A DNA stretch of 64,000 bases from the NCBI GenBank assembly GCA_043228905.1, contig JBHGNT010000006.1, forward strand, positions 12,338,001 through 12,402,000, read 5' to 3'. Position 1 is the stretch's first letter. Each line of letters opens with the position of its first letter. Source of the stretch: Azolla caroliniana. Lineage: Eukaryota > Plantae > Polypodiophyta. This document shows positions 50,277 through 62,895 of this stretch, piece by piece. Under the pieces are notes generated by a model. The model was not told the DNA's origin. It was given only the letters and a program-made list of their open reading frames with translations, and searched no databases. Made by a program: the position numbers and the translations under genes.

Positions 50277-51779
50277 ATGAGGAATGTAACATCCAACTAC
50301 AAAAGTGGGCAAATCATTAGGTGTTTCTATTTTGAGCCATATGTAGCATTTATTTTCATCATTTTTTATGATTGACACATATTTTTCTATTTCCTTCTTA
50401 ATCAAACATGCCACCCCTCCTTGTCCTCTTCTTTGTCTTGGATTTTTCTTCCATATCAAAGAGTGTACATTATAGTTTCCTAAACCTTGAATCCTTTGAG
50501 TATCATGCTCCCATGTTTCAACAAGAAGTGTGATATCCGAGTCATCGGTGAACTCCTCTATGCCAAATCCCGCATTCCATGGGTATCCATTGCAATTCCA
50601 AAAGCATAGTCGTAAAAGGCGTGGGTTAGTCTCATAGATCACGTGTCCCTATTTGCCTACATATTCATCTTTAGGCACATCCTTAACCTTGTTTTTCAAT
50701 CTTTCTTCATATGCTTTACGACGAGCATTTTGTTGTGAGATAGTACGATCTTCACTCACAAAGCATTGTGTACCTTTGAGGTATACCCAACTATTTTCGA
50801 GTATGATTCGCTGCTTTGTATCATCTGTCATTGTGCATACAATAGGCCTTTCTCCGGAGCGAGTAACACCATGTTTCCCAACTCGGTGTGCCCCATACAC
50901 ATTCACATCTGACATCCCATAATGCATGCAAAAAAATTCACCAATGGCCTTTCCAAGGGATGCGGGTGTTTCCATACACTCTTCTTTAATCCCACGAACG
51001 ACAATGTTCTTTGATCGTCGTTCACGTTATTTCAATTCTCGGACATCTATGCTTTCTATATTCTTCTCTTGATGCATCACATGCATATTAGATGAGTTTG
51101 ATAACACATCCCCACCACATACATCGGCCCATGACTTTGTTGTACATACATTTTTCATCTCACTTACATCCCGCCTCATCGTGTCCAATTTTTCTTCTTT
51201 TAATGCTTCCTTTAACTCAATCTTGTTAAGGCGCTCATTTGTTTCAAAAGAAGCTCTTTTACATTCTTGAATCTCTTCTTGAAGTTTTGCAACCACTTGT
51301 TTAAGACTTTCATTCTCAATGACAACACTTTGGAGCTTAGTATTCTCTTTCATCTCTTCACCTTGCTTGTTTATGGTTTCTTGAAGAGAAATCAAGTGAC
51401 TCATAAGCATTTTGTCCATTGCATTAGAATCGAGATTTGTTGGTGATCTCGGCTCATTATCAATCATACCCCCGAACTTTGCGGTGGTTTTACGAGTATT
51501 TGCCATTGTAGCGACAAACCCTACGGGAAAAGAGAGACAGAGAGGGAAGGAGAGAGAATGTACCTTTCACTCGATTTAGGGCTTCAAAATCTACCTTCTG
51601 TTTGAGGAACCGTGGGGCAAAGATGGATGCGGATGAAAATGCTCATAACGGCTCGCCACGGTAACGGAATTTAGTAAATGAACATTCTTTAGAAAGCTCT
51701 CTCAAAGAGCTTTCCAACGAGCTATAGAACATAGAAAACAATGGCCCGAGTGAACTTACAAAGAGCTTTGAGAGAGAGA

Positions 51780-52114
51780 GAGAGAGAGAGAGGGAGGGAG
51801 GGAGAGAGAGATGACAAGAGAGAGAGAGAGAGATTAAGAGAGAAATGTTCTTCATGTTTCATTCATTCCCCATAAGGGGTTAAATAGTACAAGAGGGGGT
51901 AGATACAGAGGGGTGTAAACCCCCTCGAGCATTCATACTGGACACTCACTCATACCTCCTCGTATCCATCCACATGCACACACGTGTGCATGTGTTCACA
52001 TACGTATAGACTCACAATTACATTTATGCCCCCTACACATACACAACAACATCATGATAACATTCAACCCTCGCTCTCAGACTTGACTCTCCGTACATCT
52101 CGTACGGGGTAACA
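51780..52114 (-). mobile_element. Partial LTR D (U3/R part), 5' terminus of the composite
   Basis: Matches 38745-39001. Homology is lost at the GA microsatellite, where the LINE 5' region begins. Confidence 0.9.
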
Positions 52115-55100
52115 ATGTGTCATGTACTCATTGTACCCGTAACGCTTCACGGGGTTCTTCTGGCGGGAAGACCAGCGTAGCGTGGTATTACCTGGTTTGG
52201 GGCCCTTCTTGGCTGGTTCGATCTTTGTTGCCGAAGATCCGCCATCTTCTTTTCCGGAGTTGGATCCGCTCCGATCCGACTCACCATTACCGGTCTCGTG
52301 CTCCGGCATTTTCCTCTTCCCCGTTTCCTTGCGCATGAACCATCTCCGCAGTTCCTTGCGCGGGGGGAACACGACAGAGTCTCCATTACTCACCGGTTCG
52401 TCTTCCGACTGGTCTGTCTGACCCAGTCGCTCGTTCGGCCCGCTCAACCAAAATGATTCCGGACTCACATCTAGAGTCTCGAACCCTTCGTCTTCTAACT
52501 AGACTGGTTCGGGCTCACTAAGCTCATCCTCCGGTATCGGGTCGGGATTGGAAGTCGGAGCCGGTAAGGCATACCATGATGCCGGCTCATCAACCTCAAC
52601 ATCCCGACTGACTTAGACCTGCTTCGTCCAGGGGTTATAACACTTATACCCCTTTTGCTCATGGGAGTAACCGATTAGGATGCAATTCTCTGACTTTGCA
52701 TCCAACTTCCTCCGCCTTTCATCCGACACATGCACATATGCAATACTATCGAATATCCGAAAGTCTCAAATTCGGCTTGCGCCCGAAATACAGCTCATGC
52801 GCGGACACCTTGTCACCGATCCGGTTTTGGATATACACGGCCGTCCGGACCGCCTCAACCCAGTAGAATTTAGGCATGCTCTTCTCCTCCAACATCACCC
52901 TTGCAACGTCGATAATCGACCGGTTATTCCTCTCGGCCACACCGTTTTGCTCCGGTGTGTATCTGCAGCTGAACTCTCTCCTAATTCCTTTTTGTTGCAG
53001 ATAACTATTGAATTGGCCGGATTAATATTCTTTTCCACCATCCGACCATAGGCACTTGATCTTCCTCTCTGTTTCCCGTTCAACCAGGCTTTGTAGGTTC
53101 CGGAAACACTCAAAGACTTCGCTCTTCTGCTCATTGAGGTATATCGATGTGTGCCGACTGTAGTCGTCAATGAAGGAGATGAAGTATCGACTCCCGCCAA
53201 GACTAACGTTCTGTGTTGGTCCCCATACATCCGAATGAATAAGGTCGAGCTTGTTACGAGTACTATTTTGTTCGGTGGGGAATGGAAGCCAATGTTGCTT
53301 CCCGAGTTGGTAGGCTTCACATATTTGGACCTTACGGCCACTGAACTTCGGCAAACTGAAAACAACTTGTTTCGTTTGCAGGTCTTGAAGCCTCTAGTAA
53401 TTGACGTGGCTGATCTGCTTGTGCTAGAGATCAATATTTGATTCAATCTTCTATCCTTTGGCAAACGAAGCGGTGCTGACGTCATTGGTGTCGAGGATGA
53501 ACATCCTCCCATCTTTGCGCCCTTGCACAATAAGTTGGCCCTCTTCCTCGATGAAGCACCCAAAGTGCGTAAACCGCACCTGCATCCCCTGGTCAACGAT
53601 CTGACCGACTGAGACCAGGTTCTTCGTGATAGTCGGAACGTGTAATATGTTCATCAAGTTCCCCCTTTGTCCGACGTGGCTCAAAAGGGCTTCTCCGATA
53701 TTCACGATTGGGCGAGGAATGTCGTGTCTGGGTTCGACGACTCCTGGTTGTTCTAGTATCTCCAAGAAAGAGAACCACTCTTTGTGGCTCGTCATGTGAT
53801 TCGACGCACCGGAATCAACGTACCACACTTCCTCCGATTTGGAAGTGGTCTTCCTCATCGAGTTAGCCTCATGTTTCATCACCAAGGCTGGCCCTTTGCC
53901 GGCTTTTCCAGTTTTGGATCCTCCCGATCCTTCTACGTAGTGCGAGTATTGCCAGTTCTCTCTGCCGGCCTTGCCGGATCCGAATCTGTCTGAATCGGCA
54001 TGCTTCTTCCAGCATTCACTTTCTCTATGGCCCGTTTTACCAAAGTACCAACATTCCGTGTTGGCCTTTGCTTGCCGGCCTCCGGTGCCACCTTGACTCC
54101 CCCTGCTTGTGGAGGGTCCGGAACTGTTGTCGGCACGTTCTCTGTGTCTTCGGTCCTACTCTTGCCGGCCGCTACCATTGCGAGCCGACCGGCCTCGTCC
54201 ACCACACCCACGGGGCCGATCCGCCTCCGTGTAAAACATCCGGTTGTCGATGGGTGCACTTGTTGACGAACCGCCATTGTTCTCCTCTACAAGGAGCATC
54301 GACTGTAAGTCGAAAAATGACAACATATTCTCCCTTGTACATACCGCCGTTCGGAACGCTCCGAACTTAGACTCTAGGCCCCCAAGACAGATCTGCACCA
54401 TCTCATCTCCCTCTACAACGACATTGATAGAGGCAAGTGAGTCACAGATCTCTTTGATTCAGGCTGTGTAATCGGCTACCGACATGTCCTTCTGTAAGAC
54501 ATTGCTCAACTCCGGTGGGGGTTGTAGCTTTCGGGCCGTAGTGCTTGCTGCAAAAACCTTCTTCAAGTTTCCCCAAGCTTCTTTTGGCGTCTTGCAATCT
54601 CGGACATGGCTCAACAGTTGGTCTCCGACACTAGACGCAAAGTAGTACATCACTCTGCTTGCCGCTTGTTCCCACACTGGGAAGTCCTTGTGTGCCACAT
54701 TAGGTGCTGCGTCGTTAGCTCTGTCGACATAGCTCCAGTCAGTAACCATGCCCAAGTAGGTACTGGCGTATCTTGTATGAGCAAGATGCGTAGTTGGATC
54801 TGTCGAGCTTCTCCACCAGGAGCGAGCTAGCCATTCCTCTATCCATAACTTTTCTTCCTGTTCTTACTGGGTCTTAGGGTTTGTCTTCAGATGCTGATGT
54901 CGGCTGCAGAGGTTCTCAACCCTCGCGCTCTAATACCATGTAAAAAGAATAGTGTGCGGAAGCAATAGAAAACCGAACACCGAAACGCAGGTTTAATGGA
55001 GAGCTTGAATATACATAGTACGCGTGAGAGACAGAGAAAGAGCAAAACAACTTAAATCTATTATAAACAACTCTGTAAAATTCTCTGTGTATACAACGTG

Positions 55101-55360
55101 CTCAACATCACTATTTATACAAGTCCTAAGAGGACTGACAGAAGTACAGTGTACTTCAATGCTCACACGAGCATTTGACACTAACTACGAGGCATTACCT
55201 ACCTAGTAGTTTAGGCTGCTACTAGGCGTCCGGTTACTGCTTGATCCAGCTAACCGGCTCCCCAGCTCACCGGCTCACCGATCTGGCTCATCCTTCTGTA
55301 TGCCGATCCGGCTCAGGCTTATTCAGCCGATCCGGATCTGGTTGAGCTTGCCGCGCAACA

Positions 55361-56515
55361 AGTTTTTCTAAGTCAGATACATATTTGTATCAGAAAACCC
55401 ATTTGTAGGGTAGCGACTTCCTTCCAACTGTTTGATTCCATGTTTGATTCTTGTGAATTGAGTCCATTTCAGATTTCATGGCTTGTAGCCATGTGTCGGG
55501 GTCCGTTGCGGCTATAACTTCTTCTTAAGTTCTTGGTTCGCCTGCATCGGTGTAGTTGACGTAGTCGAGGCCTAGTTGAAAAAACTCTGTTGGCCTTCGA
55601 ACTCGTCCAGATCTCTTGGGTGCCGAGATAAGTGGTCTGGATTCTTCCATTGACTCGATTGGGCGATCAGTGTTTGTTGAACTATTTGTGTCTGGAGTCT
55701 TGTTAGGTGACCCACCCCCATGTTGGGACTTCATCGGTGTCGTACCATTCTCCCTTGTGAGCTTTGTTGACTCGGTTCTATATTAGACTTGCATCTTATT
55801 GACTGTGCCTTTTTCGACTCTTGTCGATTCGGCTGTGTCTTTGATGACTTTGTCTTTGAGTGCGAGAATTGGGTTTGTTGCTGATTCGGAGTCAACATTC
55901 TGCTAAGAGAAGATAGAGTCTTCATTGAAGACAACGTCACTGCTCCGGATAATTTTCCGGCTCTCAGGGTTCATAGCTTGTGGCCAAATTTCCCATCGGT
56001 TCCATAACCGAGAAATATGCATTTCATTGCATGGGGTGCCAAATTTGTCCTTTTATCCTTGGGGATGAACACATAGGCTTCGCATCTAAATATACGGAGC
56101 CTATCATAGGTCGGTTGTTTGCTTGACCATAGTGCCTGTGGCTCTTCGAGCCTGATTGCTCATGACGGCGCTAGATGTATCAGGTATACTGCCGTCTGCA
56201 AAGCTTCTGCCCAAGATTCCAGCTTCAGTCCGGCTTGCTAGAGCATTGTCCTCACCCTCTCTTGGATCGTTCTGTTGATCCGTTTTGTCATGCCATTTTG
56301 CATGGGTGTGTAGGGAACGGTCTTTTGATGTTCGATCCCTTTGTTGGACAGGTACTGTTTGAAGGCTCTGGAGGTTTACTCACCTCCATTGTCGGATCTG
56401 AGTGTCTTCACTCTATGTCGGGACCGGTTCTCCACTTCGGATGTCCACCGACTAAAGACCTCGAGCGCTTTGTCTTTGGACCTAATCGAGTAGGCCCAGA
56501 ACTTTCGTGTATAGT
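55361..56515 (-). pseudogene. Fragment of another copia family (F): integrase core to RT start
   Basis: Minus-strand reading gives ..VKTLRSDNGG.., WAEALQTAVYLI and RRPTEF..YVNYTDAGEPRT. AT-richer than families A and B. Confidence 0.8.
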
Positions 56516-56877
56516 TGTTGAGCGAGCAAGCTCAACCAAATCCGAATCGACTGAATAAGCCAGAGTTGGATCGGTGTCTGGATGATATCCGGAACCATGA
56601 GCCGGATCAGATTGAAACCGGTAGGCCGTTAGAGGCCTACGGATCCAACCTAGTACTTAGGCATATTTTTGGGAGTCAGTGATAGTCGCTCGTATGAGCA
56701 TTGAAGTACCTGTCAGTCCTTTATGGACTTGTATAAAAGTGCTCTCTGAGCACATTCTATGTACAGGATATTGAGTTGTGTTTATATTCTGCTCTCTCTC
56801 TCTCTCTCTATCCCCCATGTATGCTTATTCTCTATGTTAAGCTTCCATTAAACCGTCTTGTCTTTACTGTTACTAAC

Positions 56878-57516
56878 TGAAAAGAGAGAAGATGATAGAA
56901 AAGAGAGAGAAGGAAGATATAGAAATCCAAATCTACAAAGATATATTAATAAGGAGTGATGATCATAGAAACAAGAGAAAGAAGATACATAAACTCAAGC
57001 CTACAAGGATCAATTGATCACTAGAAAAACGCACTACATGAATAGGCAAGAAAAACACCACAAGAAAAAGCCTCCCCCTCACCACCTCACTCTTCTTGCT
57101 TTATATGAAGTTCTCCTCTAGTAGATAAGTTTCGCTTGCTTTCTTTTCCACGCTTTTTTTACAGCTTTTCCATCTCCTATTCTTAGCTATGATACAACGA
57201 TCTTCTAATCGTCATATCTCCCTCATCCATGCTCCAAATTTAGAGTTTTAAAAAGCTACGGATAGCTCTCGTCATAAGCTTTCTAACCCATATTTACACA
57301 TTATATTTGGCTTCCAAACGAATGAGTTATGAGCGTTCGTTGTAGACTGCATTTTGGTGCCCGCTTTTTTCTTCTTTTACTTTTCTCCACGTGACTTGCT
57401 TTTTGTTTGACTTATCCTCAAGACCTTAGCTCGTGATCTTGCCCTCCGGATGTGAACGCACCATACCTTATATTCTTGTAGACTTCAATACCTTGAATTC
57501 TAAAAACACTTTCACA
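56878..57516 (-). mobile_element. Probable solo LTR of an unrelated family inside the copia B 5' LTR
   Basis: TGAAAAG..CTTTCACA termini, imperfect TSD CTAAC/CTATC and a minus-strand TATA near 57100-57107. Confidence 0.6.
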
Positions 57517-57723
57517 CTATCCAGCAGAGCCGGTTTGGCATATGCTTTCGCACGCTAACTTTCACATGGTATCAAAGTGTGAGGGTTGAGAACCTCTGCA
57601 GCCGACGAGCGACTAGTGAAGACTAGTGAAGAACGTAAGAGAACCTAAGATGGATAGAGGAATGGCAAGTTCACTTCCGATAGAAAAGCTCGACCAGAGC
57701 AACTATGCATCCTGGTCATATAA

Positions 57724-58152
57724 AACTCGAACCCATGACCTTATGCTACGTAGGTCGAGCTCTTACCATTAGACTATGAATTGTAATTTGTAGGATATTA
57801 TTTTCATTTATGTATTATCATAGAAAATTGATGTATATTCCAGATCTCTCTAGAACATTCTAGAAGCTTCAGGACTATTCCTAAAAACACTATAAAAGGA
57901 GGCACAAGGCATTGTTTTGAACCAAATTGGTTCAACGCTAGTCTTAAGCCTCGTAGCCACTTTGTACTTATCTTTCACATAATATATTAGTTGTTGTCAT
58001 CATCTTTCTCTCTCTCATTCTCACTATCTCTCTCTCTCTCTCTTCTTCTCTCTTCCTCTTTCGGGAATCTTACGCAGTCCCGTCCTCTTAGTACTAATAG
58101 TACTTCTCTTCTCTAGTACTAATTCTCTCTTTGTTTAGTGCTATTCCTGACA
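57724..58152 (+). mobile_element. Diverged Tcn1-family solo LTR, 5'-clipped, replacing most of the copia gag
   Basis: Collinear with 43697-44123 and ends CTATTCCTGACA. Confidence 0.9.
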
Positions 58153-61100
58153 CCGACAACCGGATGTTGTACATGGAGGCGGATTGGCCCCGTGGGTGTG
58201 GTGGATGAGGCGGGTCGGCTTGCAAGGGTAGCAGCCGGCAAGAGCAGGACCGAAGGCACAGAGAACGTGCCGAAAACAGTTCCGAACCCTCCACAAGCAA
58301 GGGGAGTCAAGGCGGCGTCGGAGACCGGCAAGCAAAGTACAACACAGAATGTTGGTACTGTAATACAAAGGGCCATAGAGAAAGCGAGTGATGGAGGAAG
58401 CGTGCCGATTCGGACAGATCCGAATCCGGCAAAGACGGTAGAGAGAACCGACAATACTCGCACTACGTAGAAGGATCGGGAGAATCCAAAACCGGAAAAT
58501 CCGGTAAAGGGCCAGCCTTGGTGATGAAACACGAGGCTAACTCAATGAAGAAGACCATTTCGAAATCGGAGGAAGTGTGGTACGTTGATTCCGGGGTGTC
58601 GAATCACATGACGATCCAGAAAGAGTGATTCTCTTTCTTGGAGAAACCGGAACAACCGAGAGTTGTCGAAACCGGAGACGACACTCCTCACCCAATAATG
58701 TATATCGGAGAAGTCCCTTTGAGCCACGTCAGACATAAGGGGAAGCTGATGAACGTATTACACGTTCCGACTATCACGAAGAACCTGGTGTCAGTCGGTC
58801 AGATCATTGACTAGGGGATGCAGGTGCGGTTTACGCACCTTGGGTGCTTAATCTAGGAAGAGGGCCAAATTATTGCGCAAGGGCGCAGAGAAGGGAGGAT
58901 GTTCATCCTCAACACCAATGACGTCGGCACCGCTTTGTTCGCCAAAGCACAGAAGATTGAATCGGATATTGATCTCTAGCACAAGCGGATCGGCCACGTC
59001 AATTACCAGATGCTTCAAGACCTGCAAACGAAACAAGTTGCTTTCGGTTTGCTGAAGTTCAGTGCCCGGAAGGTCCAAATATGTGAAGCCTGCCTACTCG
59101 GGAAGCAACACCGGCTTCCATTCCCCACCGAACAAAATTGTAGCCGTAACAAGCTCGATCTTATTCATTCCATTGTATGGGGACCGACACAGAACCTTAG
59201 TCTTGGCAGGAGTCGGTATTTCATCTACTTCATCGACGACTACAGCCGACACACATGGATCTACCTCATTGAGCGAAAGAGCGAAGTCTTCGAGTGTTTC
59301 TGGAACCTGCAAATCCTGGTTGAATGGGAAATAGAGAGGAAGATCAAGTGCGTGCGGTCGGATGGTGGAAAAGAATATTTTTCCGGTCAATTCAACAGTT
59401 ATCTGTAGCAAAAAGGAATTCGGAGAGAGTTCTGCTGCAAATACACACCGGAGCAAAACGGTGTGGCCGAGAGGAAGAACCCGTCGATTGTTGATGTGGC
59501 AAGGGAAATGCTGGAGGAGAAGAGCATGCCCCATTTCTACTGGGCGGAGGCGGTCCGGACAACCGTCTACATCCAAAACCGGATCGGTGACAAGGTGTCC
59601 GCGCATCATCTGTATTTCGGACGCAAGCCGAATTTGAGACACCTTCGGATATTTGGTAGCATTGCATATGTGCATGTGCGGATGAGAAGCAGAGGAAGTT
59701 GGATGCAAAGTCGAAGAAATGCATACTGGTCGGTTACTCGCATGAGCAAAAGGGGTATAAGTGTTATAATCCCCGGTCGAAGCAGATTCGAGTTAGCCGG
59801 GATGTTGAGTTTGATGAGACGGCATCATGGTATGCCTTACCGGCTCCGACTTTCGACCCCGATCCGATACCGGAGGATGAGGCTAGCGAGCTTGAACCGG
59901 TCTAGATAGAAGATGAACACCTCGGCACTTTAGAAGAGAGTCCAATCTCATTTCAGTTAAGTGGACCGAATGAGCGGCTGAGTCGGGATGACTAGTCGGA
60001 TGAGGAACCGGCGAGTAATGGAGACTCTGTCGTGCTCTCCCCGCGCAAGGAGCCGAGGAGACGGTTCACGCGCAAAGAGAAGGGGAAGAAGAATATGCCG
60101 GAATACGAAACCGGCAACATTGAATCGGATCAGAGCGAATCCAAGTCCAGAAAGGATGAAGGTGGATCTTCGAGAATGAAGTCTAAACCGTCCAAGAAGG
60201 GCCTCAGACCGGGTAACGATAAGTTCCGCCAGTCTTCCCGCCAGAAGAACCCTATGAAGCGGTACAGGTACAATGAGTACATGGCACATCACTATGTGTA
60301 CATGACCAAGGTGGCGGAACTGCGTGAGCCGGAGAGCTACGCACAAGCGGCAAGGGACGCAAATTGGTGTGCCACTATGGAGGAAGAAATGCGGGCACTT
60401 GATGCCAATGACACATGGGACCTAGTTGACCCTCCCCGACACTATAAACCGATCAAATGTAAGTGGGTGTACAAGGTAAAGTACAATGCCGACGGTTCGG
60501 TTAACCGGTACAAGGCCCGGTTAGTGGTGAAGGGATACACACAGACCCACGGGATCGACTACGACGAGACCTTCGCTCTAGTAGCGAAGATGACGACGGT
60601 TCGTGTGGTGCTGGCGGTTGCTACGGCACGGGGCTGGCATCTTCACCAGATGGACATGAAGAATGCATTTCTTCAAGATGATCTTGAAGAAGAGGTCTTT
60701 ATAACCCAACCCCCCGGTTTCCAGTCTGAGATGAACAAGTTGGCGGTATGCCGGCTGAAGAAGTCACTTTATGACCTGAAGCAAGCCCCCGAGCTTGGAA
60801 TGCGAAGATCACGCACCAATTGCGTAAGATGGGGTTTACGGCCTCCAAGTCCGACTCTTCGTTGTTTATCCGGCAAGGTTCGGACGGTCCGGTTTGCGTC
60901 TTGATGTATGTTGATTATCTAGTCATCAACGGACTCGGACTCGATGTAATCAGCCGAGTCAAGTCCCCGCTGTCGGACACATTTGAGATGAAGGACCTAG
61001 GGGACCTTGACTATTTCCTTGGGATCAAGGTGATCCGAACCCCCAACGGCATATTGCTCTCACCAAGACACTATGTGTTGAATATGTTGTACAATTTCAG

Positions 61101-62895
61101 GATGACGGAATGTCGCCCGATCTCCACACCCCTGGACCAGAACCAGAAGCTCTGTCCCAACTATGGACCGTCCTACGATGAGAAGCAGTTCCAACAAATC
61201 GTCGGAAGCCTTATATATTTGACAATCACCCGACCCGACATCAGCTATCCGGTCGGCGTGATCAGCCAATATATGCAGAAGCCGACCGTGGAGCACCTTC
61301 TGTGTGCGCATTGAATTTTGCGATATGTGAGTGGCACGAAGGAACGGGGACTGTTATACCGGTATGGTATAACCAAAGACCTAGTTGGCTACACTGATGC
61401 CGACTAAACCAGCGATGCATCGGATCGCCGATCCACCACCGGCTATATGTTTTCCCTTGGTAGCGCAACTGTTGTGTGGAGCAGCAAAAAGCAGCCAACA
61501 GTGGCCCTTTTGAGCACTAAGGCTGAATACCGGGGCACTACCATTGCCACTTGTGAAGCCATTTGGCTTCGGCGACTGCTTCAAGACCTGCGTATCGAGG
61601 TGCCAACCCCGATCCTGATCTACTATGACAACATAAGCAGCATGCAGCTCACCAAGAATCCACACAAAGCACATAGAAGTGCACTACCACTTCGTGTGTG
61701 AGCGTGTCCTGAGCGGTGAAGTTGAACTTTGGTATGTTCATACGGATCGGCAAGTTGCCGACATCTTCACCAAACCGCTCGGATCGGACAAGTTGCAACA
61801 CTTCACCGATATGCTTGGTGTTCAACATTTCGACATGCCACACTTGAGGGGGAGAGCGAGCAAAGATACTGGAATGGGCAAAAGCAAAGAAATTGCCGAT
61901 TGCGCTGGTGAGGCAAGAACCGACAGAAGGAGAGACAAGAAGAAGAATGGAGCCGAGTCGACAAAGGCAGTTGACACATCCGAACAAGTCGGAACAAGCG
62001 GTAGTGGCGGCAGAGTCAAGAAGGACAGAGCCGACCGGAAGAAGAAGGCCAAGACCCAGACATGGTCCGATGTGGTGAAGGGCCTGGAACCAGAAGATGA
62101 ATCGGGAGCGACCGGTTCGGACAAGAGCTGGAACGAATCGAAGACAGTCCATTAGGTTCAACAACAGGATTCGGAAGAACCGGATCAATTCAAGGCCAAG
62201 AGGACGAGAAGGCAGCAAAAGTCTATGCCAACACGAAGGAATCGGCGAATTGACAAGTGCCGAAGTCACGGTAGCGAGGGAGATGATTAGGCCTGTTGAG
62301 CAGACAAGCCGACCGAGGAGGTCGAGGTGTGCAAAAACAAAAGGGTCGCGTCAAACGGGAAAGGACCGGACGAGGAGCGCGAGTGAGACAGAGTGACGCC
62401 AGAAGGAGCCGGGTGCAAGGACCGACTGCCATGGAGACTGACACTACGATCCGACCTCAAGTTGAGCTTGAGGGGTAGTGTTGATCGGCAAGCTCAATCA
62501 GATCTAGATTGGCTGAATAAGCCCGAGCCGGATCGGCATCCGGAAGGATAAGCCTGATCGGTGAGCAGAGAGCTGGGGAGCCGGTTAGCCAGATCCATCA
62601 GTAACCGGAAGCCTAGTAGAAGCCTAAACTACTAGGTAGTTAATGTCTCGTAGTTAGTGTCAGACGGTTGTGTGAGCATTGAAGTACACCGTGCTTCTGT
62701 CAGTCCGTATGGACTTGTATAAAAGTGTTCACTGAACACATACAATGTACAAAGTTTTAGAGTTAATGTTTTGAATAGAGTTTTATGTTCTGCACTCTAT
62801 CTATCTCTCCCGCGTACTGTGTATATTCAAGCTCTCCATTAAACCTACATTTCTGTGTTCGCTTTTCTAATTCCTTCTGCACACTATTCTTTACA

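Larger units (their letters stand above)
40536..51770 (-). mobile_element. Near full-length two-ORF LINE, RTE-X-like, interrupted by two LTR insertions
   Basis: ORF1 51506-50649 (coiled coil, one stop). ORF2 from 50642 with APE (FWNCNG, LVETW, GDMNA, IDYV, SDH), RT (NYRTI, QAGFR, FVDFKKAFD, GVKQGCPLSP, YADD) and C-terminal ETGRW..RLCTLC..EYHTLIQC. 3' tail TATC/TC repeats. The 5' end is approximate. Confidence 0.9.
17468..52114 (-). mobile_element. Composite non-chromovirus Ty3/gypsy insertion (LTR D - non-autonomous internal - LTR D - gag/pol/ORF3 - LTR E)
   Basis: Termini TGTTAA..GTAACA with ATGTG at 17463-17467 and 52115-52119. Excision restores copia B YNEYMTH-HYAYITRV. Confidence 0.85.
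8918..55360 (-). mobile_element. Degenerate Ty1/copia element (family B), host of the main nest; internal pieces 54938-52120, 17462-17367, 12501-11176 and 10206-9465
   Basis: 5' LTR 54939-55360 and PBS 54927-54938. Gag, PR (WYVDSGASNHMT), INT, RT and RH pieces join seamlessly across TSDs ATGTG, ATTTC and ACGC and are collinear with the plus-strand relative at 57567-62478. Confidence 0.9.
56516..62895 (+). mobile_element. Degenerate Ty1/copia family B element
   Basis: 5' LTR 56516-57566 (interrupted) and PBS 57567-57577. Gag start MASSLPIEKLDQSNYASWSYK, then INT, RT and RH fragments. PPT and 3' LTR 62479-62895. The LTRs are diverged and there is no TSD. Confidence 0.88.

Noticed and set aside
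49872-50320. Repeat-protein ORFs
   Set aside because: These are translations of the 54-bp U3 tandem repeat of a solo LTR.
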